Positions 45,160 through 54,413 of a stretch of DNA of 64,000 bases are shown here, piece after piece. The position numbers and the translations under genes were made by a program. Position 1 is the first letter of the stretch. Each line of letters begins with the position of its first letter. The stretch lies in IMG/VR virus record IMGVR_UViG_3300020392_000005. One strand, given 5' to 3'. Origin of the DNA: a virus. A model generated the notes under the pieces. It was not told the origin of the DNA and did not search any database. It worked only from the letters and a program-made list of their open reading frames with translations.

Positions 45160-48100
45160 TACCTCTCATATCTCGTAAGATTGGTGGATAAGAAGAGTTT
45201 GTTCCTTTCAACACAATCTTAATTTGAAATGCAGAAAAAGCATTTAATCCTGCAACACTATATTTGTATTCTCTAAAGTCTTCGTCTGTTTCAGAAGCAG
45301 GTACCGTTGCGTCAGGTCTACCATCTGTATTGAACGGCACAAAATCTAATTCGTGTATATCTCTAACTTCGTCAGCGCTTGTTGTTCTAAAATAAACTTC
45401 TACTTCACTTGAACTTCTAACTACCTGTGTCAATCTAATATCTAACGCTGTTGAGTTGTTTGTCAATACAACAGGTTTAGTAATATAGTTTGAAGCAGTT
45501 GAGTTATCAGCAGGTGCTGTATCAGCAACAAAGTCTGGTGTGTTACCACTATCAGGACTATTCAATCTGTTTGCGATACAGAATACACTATTTCTTGCTA
45601 AGTCAATAACAGGAGATAGTTTTGTATTTGTACTTGATAATTCAAATATCGTAAAGAAAGACTTTTGACCATTCATACGAGTTGTTTCATTAGGTTGAGA
45701 CATAACTGCCTGTGGCGCTGTAAAGTAAATATCATCTTGTAATGATACAGGTATTTTATTTGAATTAGTTGTTAATGAATATGGTGTTTGCGTTCCGTGA
45801 ACTGACTTACTTGTTGTCGTTCTTACAAACGCATTTATATTACAACCAGGAACAGCAAGAGTTTGAATACCTGCAATGTTCAATACATCTATTTGTCTGT
45901 TTTGAGTTGAAGTAATTGCAGTACCTCCTATATCACCAGTCGTGTTTGCATTAGTTGAACTAGGTGAAGTAATATCAAAACTATCTAGTGTAATATTTGA
46001 AATTTGCGTATATGTTCCATTAATATCTGTATGTGCAAGACCATTATGAGTACCATTAGGAACTCCTGCAATCGTAACCACAGAATTTGTATCGTGTAAA
46101 TTGTGATTAGGATGGAATACTCTAATTACTTTAGAGTTGTTAGTTGTTCTCAATGGGTTTTGTTTTAATGTTCTTGCTGGTAATTCTTTGTTTGCTAAAT
46201 GAACGGTACCAGTAACCGCTTCAAACTCAGCTCTCTTAATTGTAAATTTAATATCTTCGTTTTGTTCAGTTGTCCAAGTAGAACCGTTTTGAGATTTAAA
46301 CATAACACCAGCATATGGTTGTTGTGATATTGTTCTATTAGAACCTATGTTTGTTTCTCCTAATCTACCTACATAACAATTGTATTCGTTTGAGTTTGAT
46401 AGAATTACAAAACAATATTCTGTTTTATCTTGTATGTACACAGGCGCAGGAAAAGTAAATGTAGTTTTTACTGAAGCGTCTGAACTTGTATTTACTGAAC
46501 TAGGGTTTAATGATACTTCACCGAAAGGTAAGATTTTACTTCCAGGATAACCATTAACCGTATTTCTTAATTGAACCGTTATAGGTATGTTTGCGTCTTT
46601 TGTTGAGAAGTACAAATCAATAGAAGTTAAGAATACACCACCTTCGTCATCAACCATTATAGTTTGTGCTAATGGGTCTGCCCAACCCACAACTCTACTA
46701 CCTGCTCTTGTTGAAGTTTCAAGTGTTTGTCTTGTTTCTGTAACCGTGTTTTGTACACCTCTAAATTCTCTAGTTGAAACGATTGTATCTCTAACCGTGT
46801 TTAATAATCCTCTTGCAACATATTCAGCGTTTGCAGCTGTTTCAACAGCGGCAGCGTCTTGCGAGTTAGTTGAAGATGAAGTTAATCTAAATGTTCTCTC
46901 ACCTGTTCTCCATCTAGGATTACTATTTACTTTCGGGTCAGGTATTGCAAAAGTACCAGATACAGCACCGTTTGCGTCTGTAACCAAATTACCACCAAGA
47001 GAACCACCACTTGGCGTTATGTATGCAGTAATATCAACATTGTCAAAGAATGGATAAACTCTTGTATTAGGTTTTAATCTTGTTGCAACAAAGTCAACAT
47101 TTCTACTTCTGATAAATGGAACAAAGGCAGTATCAACTACTCTATCTCCCATACTTGTTCTAATAGTTTGAGGTACGGCAGTTGTTGTAATTCCTGTTCT
47201 ACTTTGGTTAACTTGGTTGATAGAAGTAATAGTCGTTCTTTGCATAATTGCACGACCTCTCATAAATCTACCACCTGTAGCAGTAACCGCTGAAGTTAAC
47301 GGAGCACCTGTCCAGTTTGTTTGCCAATCATTCCATACGGTACCTAGTGCAATCTCATTTTGATTAGGTACTCTACCTTCTCTTAATAATTGGTCCCAAG
47401 CACCTGTATCAGAATTTACAACTAAATCTGGTGCTCTTTCTGTTTCTCTCCACTCATCACTTGAAGGAGTTAATTCTATTGTACCTACCCAACTGAATAT
47501 AGCAAATGGGTTTACATTGATTGCTTTTGAAGCAAAAGGTTGATTAATTAAATCAACATTAGTGTAAGGTAAAGTTAATACTTCACCTGTTCTTTGATAG
47601 TTTGCAGCTGTTCTATCAGCGGCAAGAAGTGTTGTACCATCTTCGTCTATCTCTTCTAATTCAACAGCGTCTTGTTTAAATAGAGGTCTCATTATTTTCT
47701 TTCTATAATCAATAGAACATCTATGAGAACCATTTGTAACCTCACCGATACCGTGACCGTCAAAGTTATCTACAATAAATCCGTTTTTAAATCTGTCAAA
47801 ACCATTACTATCTTGTATCTGTAATGCTTGAGCAGCAGTTTCTAATAATGATAATTGAGTATAGTATTCTACTCTATCAATCTTTTTGTTAATCTCTCCG
47901 ATATCTCTCATTGTATATCTTCTATTATCAACCGTTTCAAAATTTACATCTTCAGGATTTAGAACATATGCAGGAAAATTAATTGTGTATAAGTGCATTG
48001 CATTTTCTAATTGACCAGGTTCTTGTGGTCTTGTATCTGGCGCACCTTGTAGTGTTTTAAATTCACCTTCTTTTGTAATGTAAAGTTTGTCTATTCTACC

Positions 48101-51100
48101 TAGATAATATTCGTGGTCTGTAAGTACATTTGTACCAAACTTGACAACATCAACAGCAGAAGCACCAGTACCATCATAACTTCTGTTTTGTTGACCAGCG
48201 TTAATCGTACTTGCGTCATCTACTCTAGGTCTAAAGTCTAAAGTATCTCTTAACTCAAAAGTATCTCCTGAAGTATCAGAAGTATAAGTTGGAATATCTT
48301 CGTAATTGATTGAGACATAACTATCTACACTAAAGAAGTCACCATTACCGTGTGTGAAATAATTAAATGTAATTAGTAATTGTCCTGTAGGTGCTAACTC
48401 ACCTTGTTTTCTTACAAGTCTACCTATGTCATAGAAGTTATCTCTTTGACCTGTATCTAAATTAAATCTTTCTGTAATGTCTGTATCACCAGAAGTAGGT
48501 GCTGTACTGAAATCAGCAGACATCTTAACTGAAACTAATTGGTATACATCTGCTTTACCTAAACCAATAACTTTACTCTCGGCGTCTGATTGTGTAGCAA
48601 TAGTAACCGTTTCGTTAGATTGTAATGTTTTTGATTTTTCGTTTTGTGCAGATTTAGTTAAAGTTGCAATAATCTTTACTTCGTGTCCTTGATGATTAGC
48701 ACCAAAGTCTAAAGTTAGTGAACGACCTACTGGCGAACCACCTAGAGTGAAACAAGCGTCACCTTCGTGTTGATTACCTGTCGTTGATAATTTATTACCA
48801 ACGGCACCTGAACTAGAAGCACCACCTGCTGTCATAATAGTTACCGAGTAATCTCTTTCTGATTGTGCAACAAAAGTCTCACCTGTGTTTGCAGTAATTG
48901 TAATGTCTCCAGTTGAAGATAGAGTACCAACAAAAGTTTTTCTAACCGTATAAGAAGTATCACTTATACCAGAGTTTGCATTTGTCTTTAATGTTTTAAT
49001 TGTATCATAAGGCAAACTGAATATAGAAATATTTTTGTTTGGCTCTTGTAGTTTTGCTCTTCTTCTGATTATGATTGAGTTTGAAACAGCAGTTGCACCG
49101 ATAGCACTATCAAGTGTTATTGATGAACTTGTATGTATTTGAAGAACCGTTTTAGTGATAATTGTACCACCTGTATCAGCAAATTCAACACTATCACCAA
49201 TTTTTAATTCTTCATTGAATTTAGTATTGAAACCGACAACTAATGCTGAACCACCTGATATTGAAATATTACCAGAGAGTTGTACATTTTCACCGAAAGA
49301 ACTTGTTAAATCTGTTTGGGCAGTATAAGTAGGTGAACCTGCCATTGTAATTTCTTTAGTATCATTGATTGAGTGAGAAGTAAATCCTTTATTACCAAAT
49401 ACATTTGCTTTAATAGTTGCAGTATTTGATGAACTAGAACCTGTGATTGTTTCTCCTGCTTGAAACTCTCCGTTAACAGAAGATACTACGACTTTACCCA
49501 TAGATAAAGCACCACCAGAACCAGCACCTGTGTGTGCAGAACCATCAACTTCTGTTCCGTCAGCATTTACTAATATGAAATCTCTTTTTGCAGTACCACT
49601 AGTATCTGCTTTTACATAGAATACATTATCATTTAATTCTGTTTGAGTTGCGACACCTGTTATCTTAATTGCGTCACCATCTTTTATATCTGTATCAGCA
49701 GCAGTTGTGATAACAACAGGATTTGCAGCTGTAGATGAAGTGATTGCATAAGAAGATGTTGATGATGAAATACTTTCTACGATACCAGTTGCACCTGAAG
49801 TTGAACCTGTAATTGTCTCACCTGTCGTAAATGATACAGCGTCTGTAATACCGATATGACTAAACATTTCAACATCAAATAAAAAGTGTTTCATTACCTG
49901 ACTAGCACTAGGCGCTATGTGACCAGCACTTGTAATTGGTATACCGATTGTATTGTTAAATTCAAAACCTTTTGTTTTTGCTCTACCTATTTCGTAAATG
50001 CAGTTTTGAACATTTGCATTTATATTTCCTGGAACATATGAAGGACTTGCAATTCTTAATTCTACTTTTTTAAATGTTTCTACTTTACCGGTTACAAAGT
50101 TTACATCTGGCGAACCGTAAACATTTGATACATTGACAAAGTTACCTACATCAAATAAAGTATTGAAACCGTTTTCTGTTCCAAATGTTCTAGGTTTATC
50201 AACAGCAACAAATTCTGTTCCTATCTTATCTACTTCATAACCTCTAACATATGCTTTACCAGGAGATAGTCCTAATGCAAGTTTACTTTCTAAACCACCT
50301 TCGGCAGCAGTAAAGATACCTCTATTATCTCCGTTAATTAAATGTTCTCTAACATCTAAATCAAATTGTCTGATTGCATAGTTACCACTTTCGTCAAAGG
50401 TTCTACGAGCAAGTGTATCTTCTAATATTGCGTATTCAGTTGTTCTAACTCTACTTTGTAGATTACCTTTACTCAATCTTAATAATTCAATAAAGTTATC
50501 ATCTTCAACTGAAGTCAAAGCAAGTTTAGTTAAAGTTAAATCTATTTTAAATCTATGAGCACCAGGAGCATTTGCGTTTGATGAACCAGCCGCATTGTCA
50601 ACTAGCGATGGGTCTTGGTTAGGGGTTACAAAACTTTCAGTAACCAATAAACCTACTCTATAAGAAGGTGTGTTTTCGTACTTATCTAATACGATTGATT
50701 GTTCAGCAACATTAACAGCGAAACCATTTATGTAATATGTACCAGCAACGATACTTGCAGCCGAACCTGTAAATGAGTTTTCACAAACAGCAGTTATAAT
50801 TCCTAAAGTTGGGTGTGTTGCAGCTAAAGTTTCAGTAGCAACAAAGTCAGTTGTTGCGTTACCTACACCAGTCTTTGTATACTTAACATATAAAGTATTT
50901 GGGTCAGTTGAAGTTGCGACATCTACTTTAATTACTTTTGCGACAACCTGTGAAGTTTGTCCTGTTAACTCTAATCCTATGAAATCTGATAAGTTAGTTG
51001 TGCCGGCAAAAGAAGTTAACTTAATTGAGTAGTATCTCAAATCATAAGTTACCTCACCAGGTATCATTTGAGCACCATCTTCAAATATATGGTTACCCAT

Positions 51101-51253
51101 TTTCTCTACTTGGTTTTGTAGAATAGATTGTGATTGTGTTAATTCTCTCGCTTGAACAGCAAATGCTGGTCTAAAAAGTATTCTATGAAACTTCTTACTT
51201 TCTGAAAAATCATCAAAGTAAGGCGAGAGGTTAAAGTCAGTTTTTGCTGGCAT
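45143..51253 (-). CDS. Large baseplate-associated structural protein (DUF4815/VrlC-like)
   Basis: PYFDDF...FHRILFRP..AVQARELTQ.QSILQNQ, APGAHR.KI, ARRT.DESG.Y, RRYTMRDIG, DPLAQT. Confidence 0.88.
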   Translation of the reverse strand: MPAKTDFNLSPYFDDFSESKKFHRILFRPAFAVQARELTQSQSILQNQVEKMGNHIFEDGAQMIPGEVTYDLRYYSIKLTSFAGTTNLSDFIGLELTGQTSQVVAKVIKVDVATSTDPNTLYVKYTKTGVGNATTDFVATETLAATHPTLGIITAVCENSFTGSAASIVAGTYYINGFAVNVAEQSIVLDKYENTPSYRVGLLVTESFVTPNQDPSLVDNAAGSSNANAPGAHRFKIDLTLTKLALTSVEDDNFIELLRLSKGNLQSRVRTTEYAILEDTLARRTFDESGNYAIRQFDLDVREHLINGDNRGIFTAAEGGLESKLALGLSPGKAYVRGYEVDKIGTEFVAVDKPRTFGTENGFNTLFDVGNFVNVSNVYGSPDVNFVTGKVETFKKVELRIASPSYVPGNINANVQNCIYEIGRAKTKGFEFNNTIGIPITSAGHIAPSASQVMKHFLFDVEMFSHIGITDAVSFTTGETITGSTSGATGIVESISSSTSSYAITSSTAANPVVITTAADTDIKDGDAIKITGVATQTELNDNVFYVKADTSGTAKRDFILVNADGTEVDGSAHTGAGSGGALSMGKVVVSSVNGEFQAGETITGSSSSNTATIKANVFGNKGFTSHSINDTKEITMAGSPTYTAQTDLTSSFGENVQLSGNISISGGSALVVGFNTKFNEELKIGDSVEFADTGGTIITKTVLQIHTSSSITLDSAIGATAVSNSIIIRRRAKLQEPNKNISIFSLPYDTIKTLKTNANSGISDTSYTVRKTFVGTLSSTGDITITANTGETFVAQSERDYSVTIMTAGGASSSGAVGNKLSTTGNQHEGDACFTLGGSPVGRSLTLDFGANHQGHEVKIIATLTKSAQNEKSKTLQSNETVTIATQSDAESKVIGLGKADVYQLVSVKMSADFSTAPTSGDTDITERFNLDTGQRDNFYDIGRLVRKQGELAPTGQLLITFNYFTHGNGDFFSVDSYVSINYEDIPTYTSDTSGDTFELRDTLDFRPRVDDASTINAGQQNRSYDGTGASAVDVVKFGTNVLTDHEYYLGRIDKLYITKEGEFKTLQGAPDTRPQEPGQLENAMHLYTINFPAYVLNPEDVNFETVDNRRYTMRDIGEINKKIDRVEYYTQLSLLETAAQALQIQDSNGFDRFKNGFIVDNFDGHGIGEVTNGSHRCSIDYRKKIMRPLFKQDAVELEEIDEDGTTLLAADRTAANYQRTGEVLTLPYTNVDLINQPFASKAINVNPFAIFSWVGTIELTPSSDEWRETERAPDLVVNSDTGAWDQLLREGRVPNQNEIALGTVWNDWQTNWTGAPLTSAVTATGGRFMRGRAIMQRTTITSINQVNQSRTGITTTAVPQTIRTSMGDRVVDTAFVPFIRSRNVDFVATRLKPNTRVYPFFDNVDITAYITPSGGSLGGNLVTDANGAVSGTFAIPDPKVNSNPRWRTGERTFRLTSSSTNSQDAAAVETAANAEYVARGLLNTVRDTIVSTREFRGVQNTVTETRQTLETSTRAGSRVVGWADPLAQTIMVDDEGGVFLTSIDLYFSTKDANIPITVQLRNTVNGYPGSKILPFGEVSLNPSSVNTSSDASVKTTFTFPAPVYIQDKTEYCFVILSNSNEYNCYVGRLGETNIGSNRTISQQPYAGVMFKSQNGSTWTTEQNEDIKFTIKRAEFEAVTGTVHLANKELPARTLKQNPLRTTNNSKVIRVFHPNHNLHDTNSVVTIAGVPNGTHNGLAHTDINGTYTQISNITLDSFDITSPSSTNANTTGDIGGTAITSTQNRQIDVLNIAGIQTLAVPGCNINAFVRTTTSKSVHGTQTPYSLTTNSNKIPVSLQDDIYFTAPQAVMSQPNETTRMNGQKSFFTIFELSSTNTKLSPVIDLARNSVFCIANRLNSPDSGNTPDFVADTAPADNSTASNYITKPVVLTNNSTALDIRLTQVVRSSSEVEVYFRTTSADEVRDIHELDFVPFNTDGRPDATVPASETDEDFREYKYSVAGLNAFSAFQIKIVLKGTNSSYPPILRDMRGIALAI

Positions 51254-51264
51254 TTATTTTCCTC

Positions 51265-52725
51265 TTAAAATTCAATAATCAATTTAACATTTTCAGTCTG
51301 GTCAGCACTTCTTGCGACAGGCGCTCTGTTTTCAATGTACATTACATCTCCACTATCTTCGTCTATCTCTGGTAGTGAGTGACCACTAATTAATGAAACA
51401 TTACCTATTGTTTCGGTTACTCCTGTTGGTGTTCCTGTTGCAGAAGAAGTAGCACCTGTTATTACATCTGTGCCACTAAACAATATTCTGTTTCCGTTTG
51501 CGTCAACACCTTCATCACTATATCTCGTTTGCGTGTAAAATAAAATTTTATTAGCACTATCAAATTGTACTACTTTACCTACAGCACCTGTATTTGTTTG
51601 TGTAATCTTTTCGTCTACTTGGAATGAACCAGGTGTACCTGAAAATCTAACTGCTCTTGTTGCTCTTAATGTTGTAACCGTAGCAGCAGAACCACTTGAT
51701 TTCGGGTCTCTAATTAATGCAACTCTTCTAAAGTCGTTTGCAGTTGTAAAGTCACCAGAGTTTGCAGTTTCAGCACCTTCAAAAGAAGTATTAAGAATTA
51801 CAAAGAAAGCACCTAATTCTTCAAATGGGTCAAAACCGTGACCACCTTTTGGTTCAATTATACAATCTAATTCAGCACCTGTTAGTGAACCACCACCAGC
51901 AGTATTAATATCTGATACTCTAATATTTGCATAAGAATATCCTGAACCTTTATTTGTAACCGATACAGCAGTTACCGAACCACTTGTAATAGTGATTGAT
52001 ACTTCACCACCAGAACCATCACCTCTCATAGGAATGTTTGTGTATGTTCCAGCAGTACCACCTGTACCAGCAGTTTTAATTTTTACTATGTTTACAGCAC
52101 CATCAACAGCACCATTGGTTACATTTGAGTTTGATGAAACTCCCATAAAGTCAGTTGATAAAAAGTTTGCTTGTGCAGACGCAGATAGAGTGAACATATA
52201 CTTCCATTTGTAATCATCTGAAGTTTGTAAGATAAGTGTTGCGTTCTCACCAGTAGGTTCTACCGTTGAAGGACTATCGTTATTATTATCTAAACATTTG
52301 TATACTTGAAAGTTGCTGTTCATTACATAGAAGTTTGCGTCAAATAGATTAGTAGCGCCAGAATTAGCAGATTGGATAGAGGTACCACCTGTAATTCTAT
52401 TACCATAATCGTGTCTGTAATAGTCATATGTTGTTCCACTAGTCCAGTTAATTCTAGGAGCTGCGAAACTTACATCTGAGCTGTTTATTCTTTTTACAGC
52501 CAATAAATCATCAAAAGTATCATACTCTTGTTGTACACTATCGGCAGGTGTAATTGGGGTACTATCAGTACCTAAATTTTCTGTTCTTCCGTCTGGTCTA
52601 GTTTTAGTACCAAACGCAGAAGGTTTTCCGATTCCTAGATAATATACATTACCTGAAGCACCGAAAGAAGTTTGAAATGCTTGTGCATTGTTCCTTCTGA
52701 ATTTACTTGTTATAATTGCTGGCAT
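51265..52725 (-). CDS. Baseplate wedge subunit gp8
   Basis: YLGIGKP, PR.NW..G..YD.Y, FYVMN...VYKCLDN, D.YKWKYMF, SGD.MYIENR. Confidence 0.9.
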   Translation of the reverse strand: MPAIITSKFRRNNAQAFQTSFGASGNVYYLGIGKPSAFGTKTRPDGRTENLGTDSTPITPADSVQQEYDTFDDLLAVKRINSSDVSFAAPRINWTSGTTYDYYRHDYGNRITGGTSIQSANSGATNLFDANFYVMNSNFQVYKCLDNNNDSPSTVEPTGENATLILQTSDDYKWKYMFTLSASAQANFLSTDFMGVSSNSNVTNGAVDGAVNIVKIKTAGTGGTAGTYTNIPMRGDGSGGEVSITITSGSVTAVSVTNKGSGYSYANIRVSDINTAGGGSLTGAELDCIIEPKGGHGFDPFEELGAFFVILNTSFEGAETANSGDFTTANDFRRVALIRDPKSSGSAATVTTLRATRAVRFSGTPGSFQVDEKITQTNTGAVGKVVQFDSANKILFYTQTRYSDEGVDANGNRILFSGTDVITGATSSATGTPTGVTETIGNVSLISGHSLPEIDEDSGDVMYIENRAPVARSADQTENVKLIIEF

Positions 52726-52741
52726 TGTTTTCCTCTATCTT

Positions 52742-54379
52742 TTACGCTATATTTATAACATTACCCATACCGCTATGCGAGGTACATTGGTAATATAAAG
52801 TTGTTGGTGCGTTCATAGGAACATTAAAGATTAATGAACCTGAACTACCACCATTGTTTGTAATTCCAAAGTTATATGCAGAACCACCATTAGATACTCT
52901 TATCTGGAATGGATGTGAACCACCTTGGTTCAAAACGAACTCATAAGTATGTCCTCTCTTCAAATATAAGATTGGGTCGTTTTGTGGATTTGCAGCTCCA
53001 TTAGCACCTATGAAACCATCTCCGTTAAATACGAAATCACTTGAACCATTATTTGTAACCGTGAATTGTGCTGATATTCTACTTGCAGGAGTATAATCAT
53101 TAGGTCTCCAACGACCAATACCTCCTACATTTTCATAAACTAATACTTGTCCATAAGACGGAGGATTAGTTGTTGTATCAACATCTGATAAAACATTGAT
53201 ACCATCGTTTTCTGTTAATAAAGTAATCCAACCTGAACTCGTTGCAAAAAACAAATTGTTAGTGTTTTCTGCCATTGCGATAGCACCAGAGTAAGTTGTT
53301 GAATTAGGAAAGGCACCTGAAGTACTAAAGTTAAATTTAAGTTTACTTCCACTACCTTGTAAATCTATATTACCAGCACCTGATATATTATTAGAACCAG
53401 TTGCTAGATTACCACCTAAACTAGGTGTAGTATCATCTGATAGATTATTTAAAATCGTTGTTGGTCTAAATGCAGAAGCACCAGCATTCCATACAAGTGC
53501 TTGTCCACTTGAAGGTGCTTGAGTAGTTGTGTCTACATCTGATAATGCGTCAATAGATGAAGTACCTGATAGCATTTCATTCCATTGTCCGTTGGCAGCA
53601 TAATAAGCTTTGTATGCGTTTGTATCAACAGCAAAGGCACCGTCCATCTGTGAAGCACTAGAGAAACCTGCTAATTGACCACCACCTTGTCTTATATAAC
53701 TATTACCTGTAAGAACTAAAGCACCAGTACCTGTACCGTTACCTGTAATGATTGGGTCATTGTAAGTTTTATTATTAAAAGTTTGTGTATCAGAAAGAGT
53801 AGCGACAACCGTATTATCAATACCATATCTAACGGTATCATCTAAAATAGTTGAAGTTAATCCTGCTGTTGCAGAAAACAATAATGTATTACCTACGGTA
53901 TAACTATCAGTTGTTGTACCATCAGATAAAGTTATATTAGAACCTACTTGTTTCCAATACATCTGACTTGCGCCATCAGTTGCAAGTACATAAGTTGAAG
54001 TACCTACCGTATCAGGAAAGAATAACTGGTCTAGTTTTACTTTACCAGAACCATTAGGAAGAATTTCAATATCACCATTTGCGACAGAAACTATCTTATT
54101 TCCGTTAACATCTAAATCGCCACCTAGTTGAGGTGTTAAGTCAACGGATATATCTCCTGCGGCCGCAGACGCAGTTGGTTCAAATCTATTATTAGAAGTG
54201 TTCCATTGTAATACTTGGTTTGATGAAGCACCAGCAGTTGTTATCTGTAAATCATTACCATCGCCTAGTGCTGTGTAGATTTCGTTGAAGTTGTCATTGA
54301 CCTTATCACCACCGACACGCAGGTTATCACCTGTTCCGTCATTGGGAGAACTTCCTAATCCTATACTTTGTTTTGCCAT
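52742..54379 (-). CDS. Baseplate wedge/tail-fibre connector (gp9/gp10-like N-terminus) with C-terminal cupredoxin-like module
   Basis: MAKQ.I.LG..PNDGTGD.LR.GG.K.N.NF.EIY; L.DVDT...P..GQ.L.W repeats; RGHTYEF...HPF...LYYQCTSHSGM. Confidence 0.8.
   Translation of the reverse strand: MAKQSIGLGSSPNDGTGDNLRVGGDKVNDNFNEIYTALGDGNDLQITTAGASSNQVLQWNTSNNRFEPTASAAAGDISVDLTPQLGGDLDVNGNKIVSVANGDIEILPNGSGKVKLDQLFFPDTVGTSTYVLATDGASQMYWKQVGSNITLSDGTTTDSYTVGNTLLFSATAGLTSTILDDTVRYGIDNTVVATLSDTQTFNNKTYNDPIITGNGTGTGALVLTGNSYIRQGGGQLAGFSSASQMDGAFAVDTNAYKAYYAANGQWNEMLSGTSSIDALSDVDTTTQAPSSGQALVWNAGASAFRPTTILNNLSDDTTPSLGGNLATGSNNISGAGNIDLQGSGSKLKFNFSTSGAFPNSTTYSGAIAMAENTNNLFFATSSGWITLLTENDGINVLSDVDTTTNPPSYGQVLVYENVGGIGRWRPNDYTPASRISAQFTVTNNGSSDFVFNGDGFIGANGAANPQNDPILYLKRGHTYEFVLNQGGSHPFQIRVSNGGSAYNFGITNNGGSSGSLIFNVPMNAPTTLYYQCTSHSGMGNVINIA
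52750..52757 (-). promoter_or_regulatory. T4-type late promoter TATAAATA upstream of gp8
   Basis: Exact motif within the last codons of the upstream gene, 25 nt before the gp8 start. Confidence 0.6.
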
Positions 54380-54398
54380 ATTTTTCTTCCTGTCCTAA

Positions 54399-54406
54399 TA
54401 TTTATA
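54399..54406 (-). promoter_or_regulatory. T4-type late promoter TATAAATA
   Basis: Exact motif in the intergenic gap. Confidence 0.72.
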
Positions 54407-54413
54407 ACCGATT

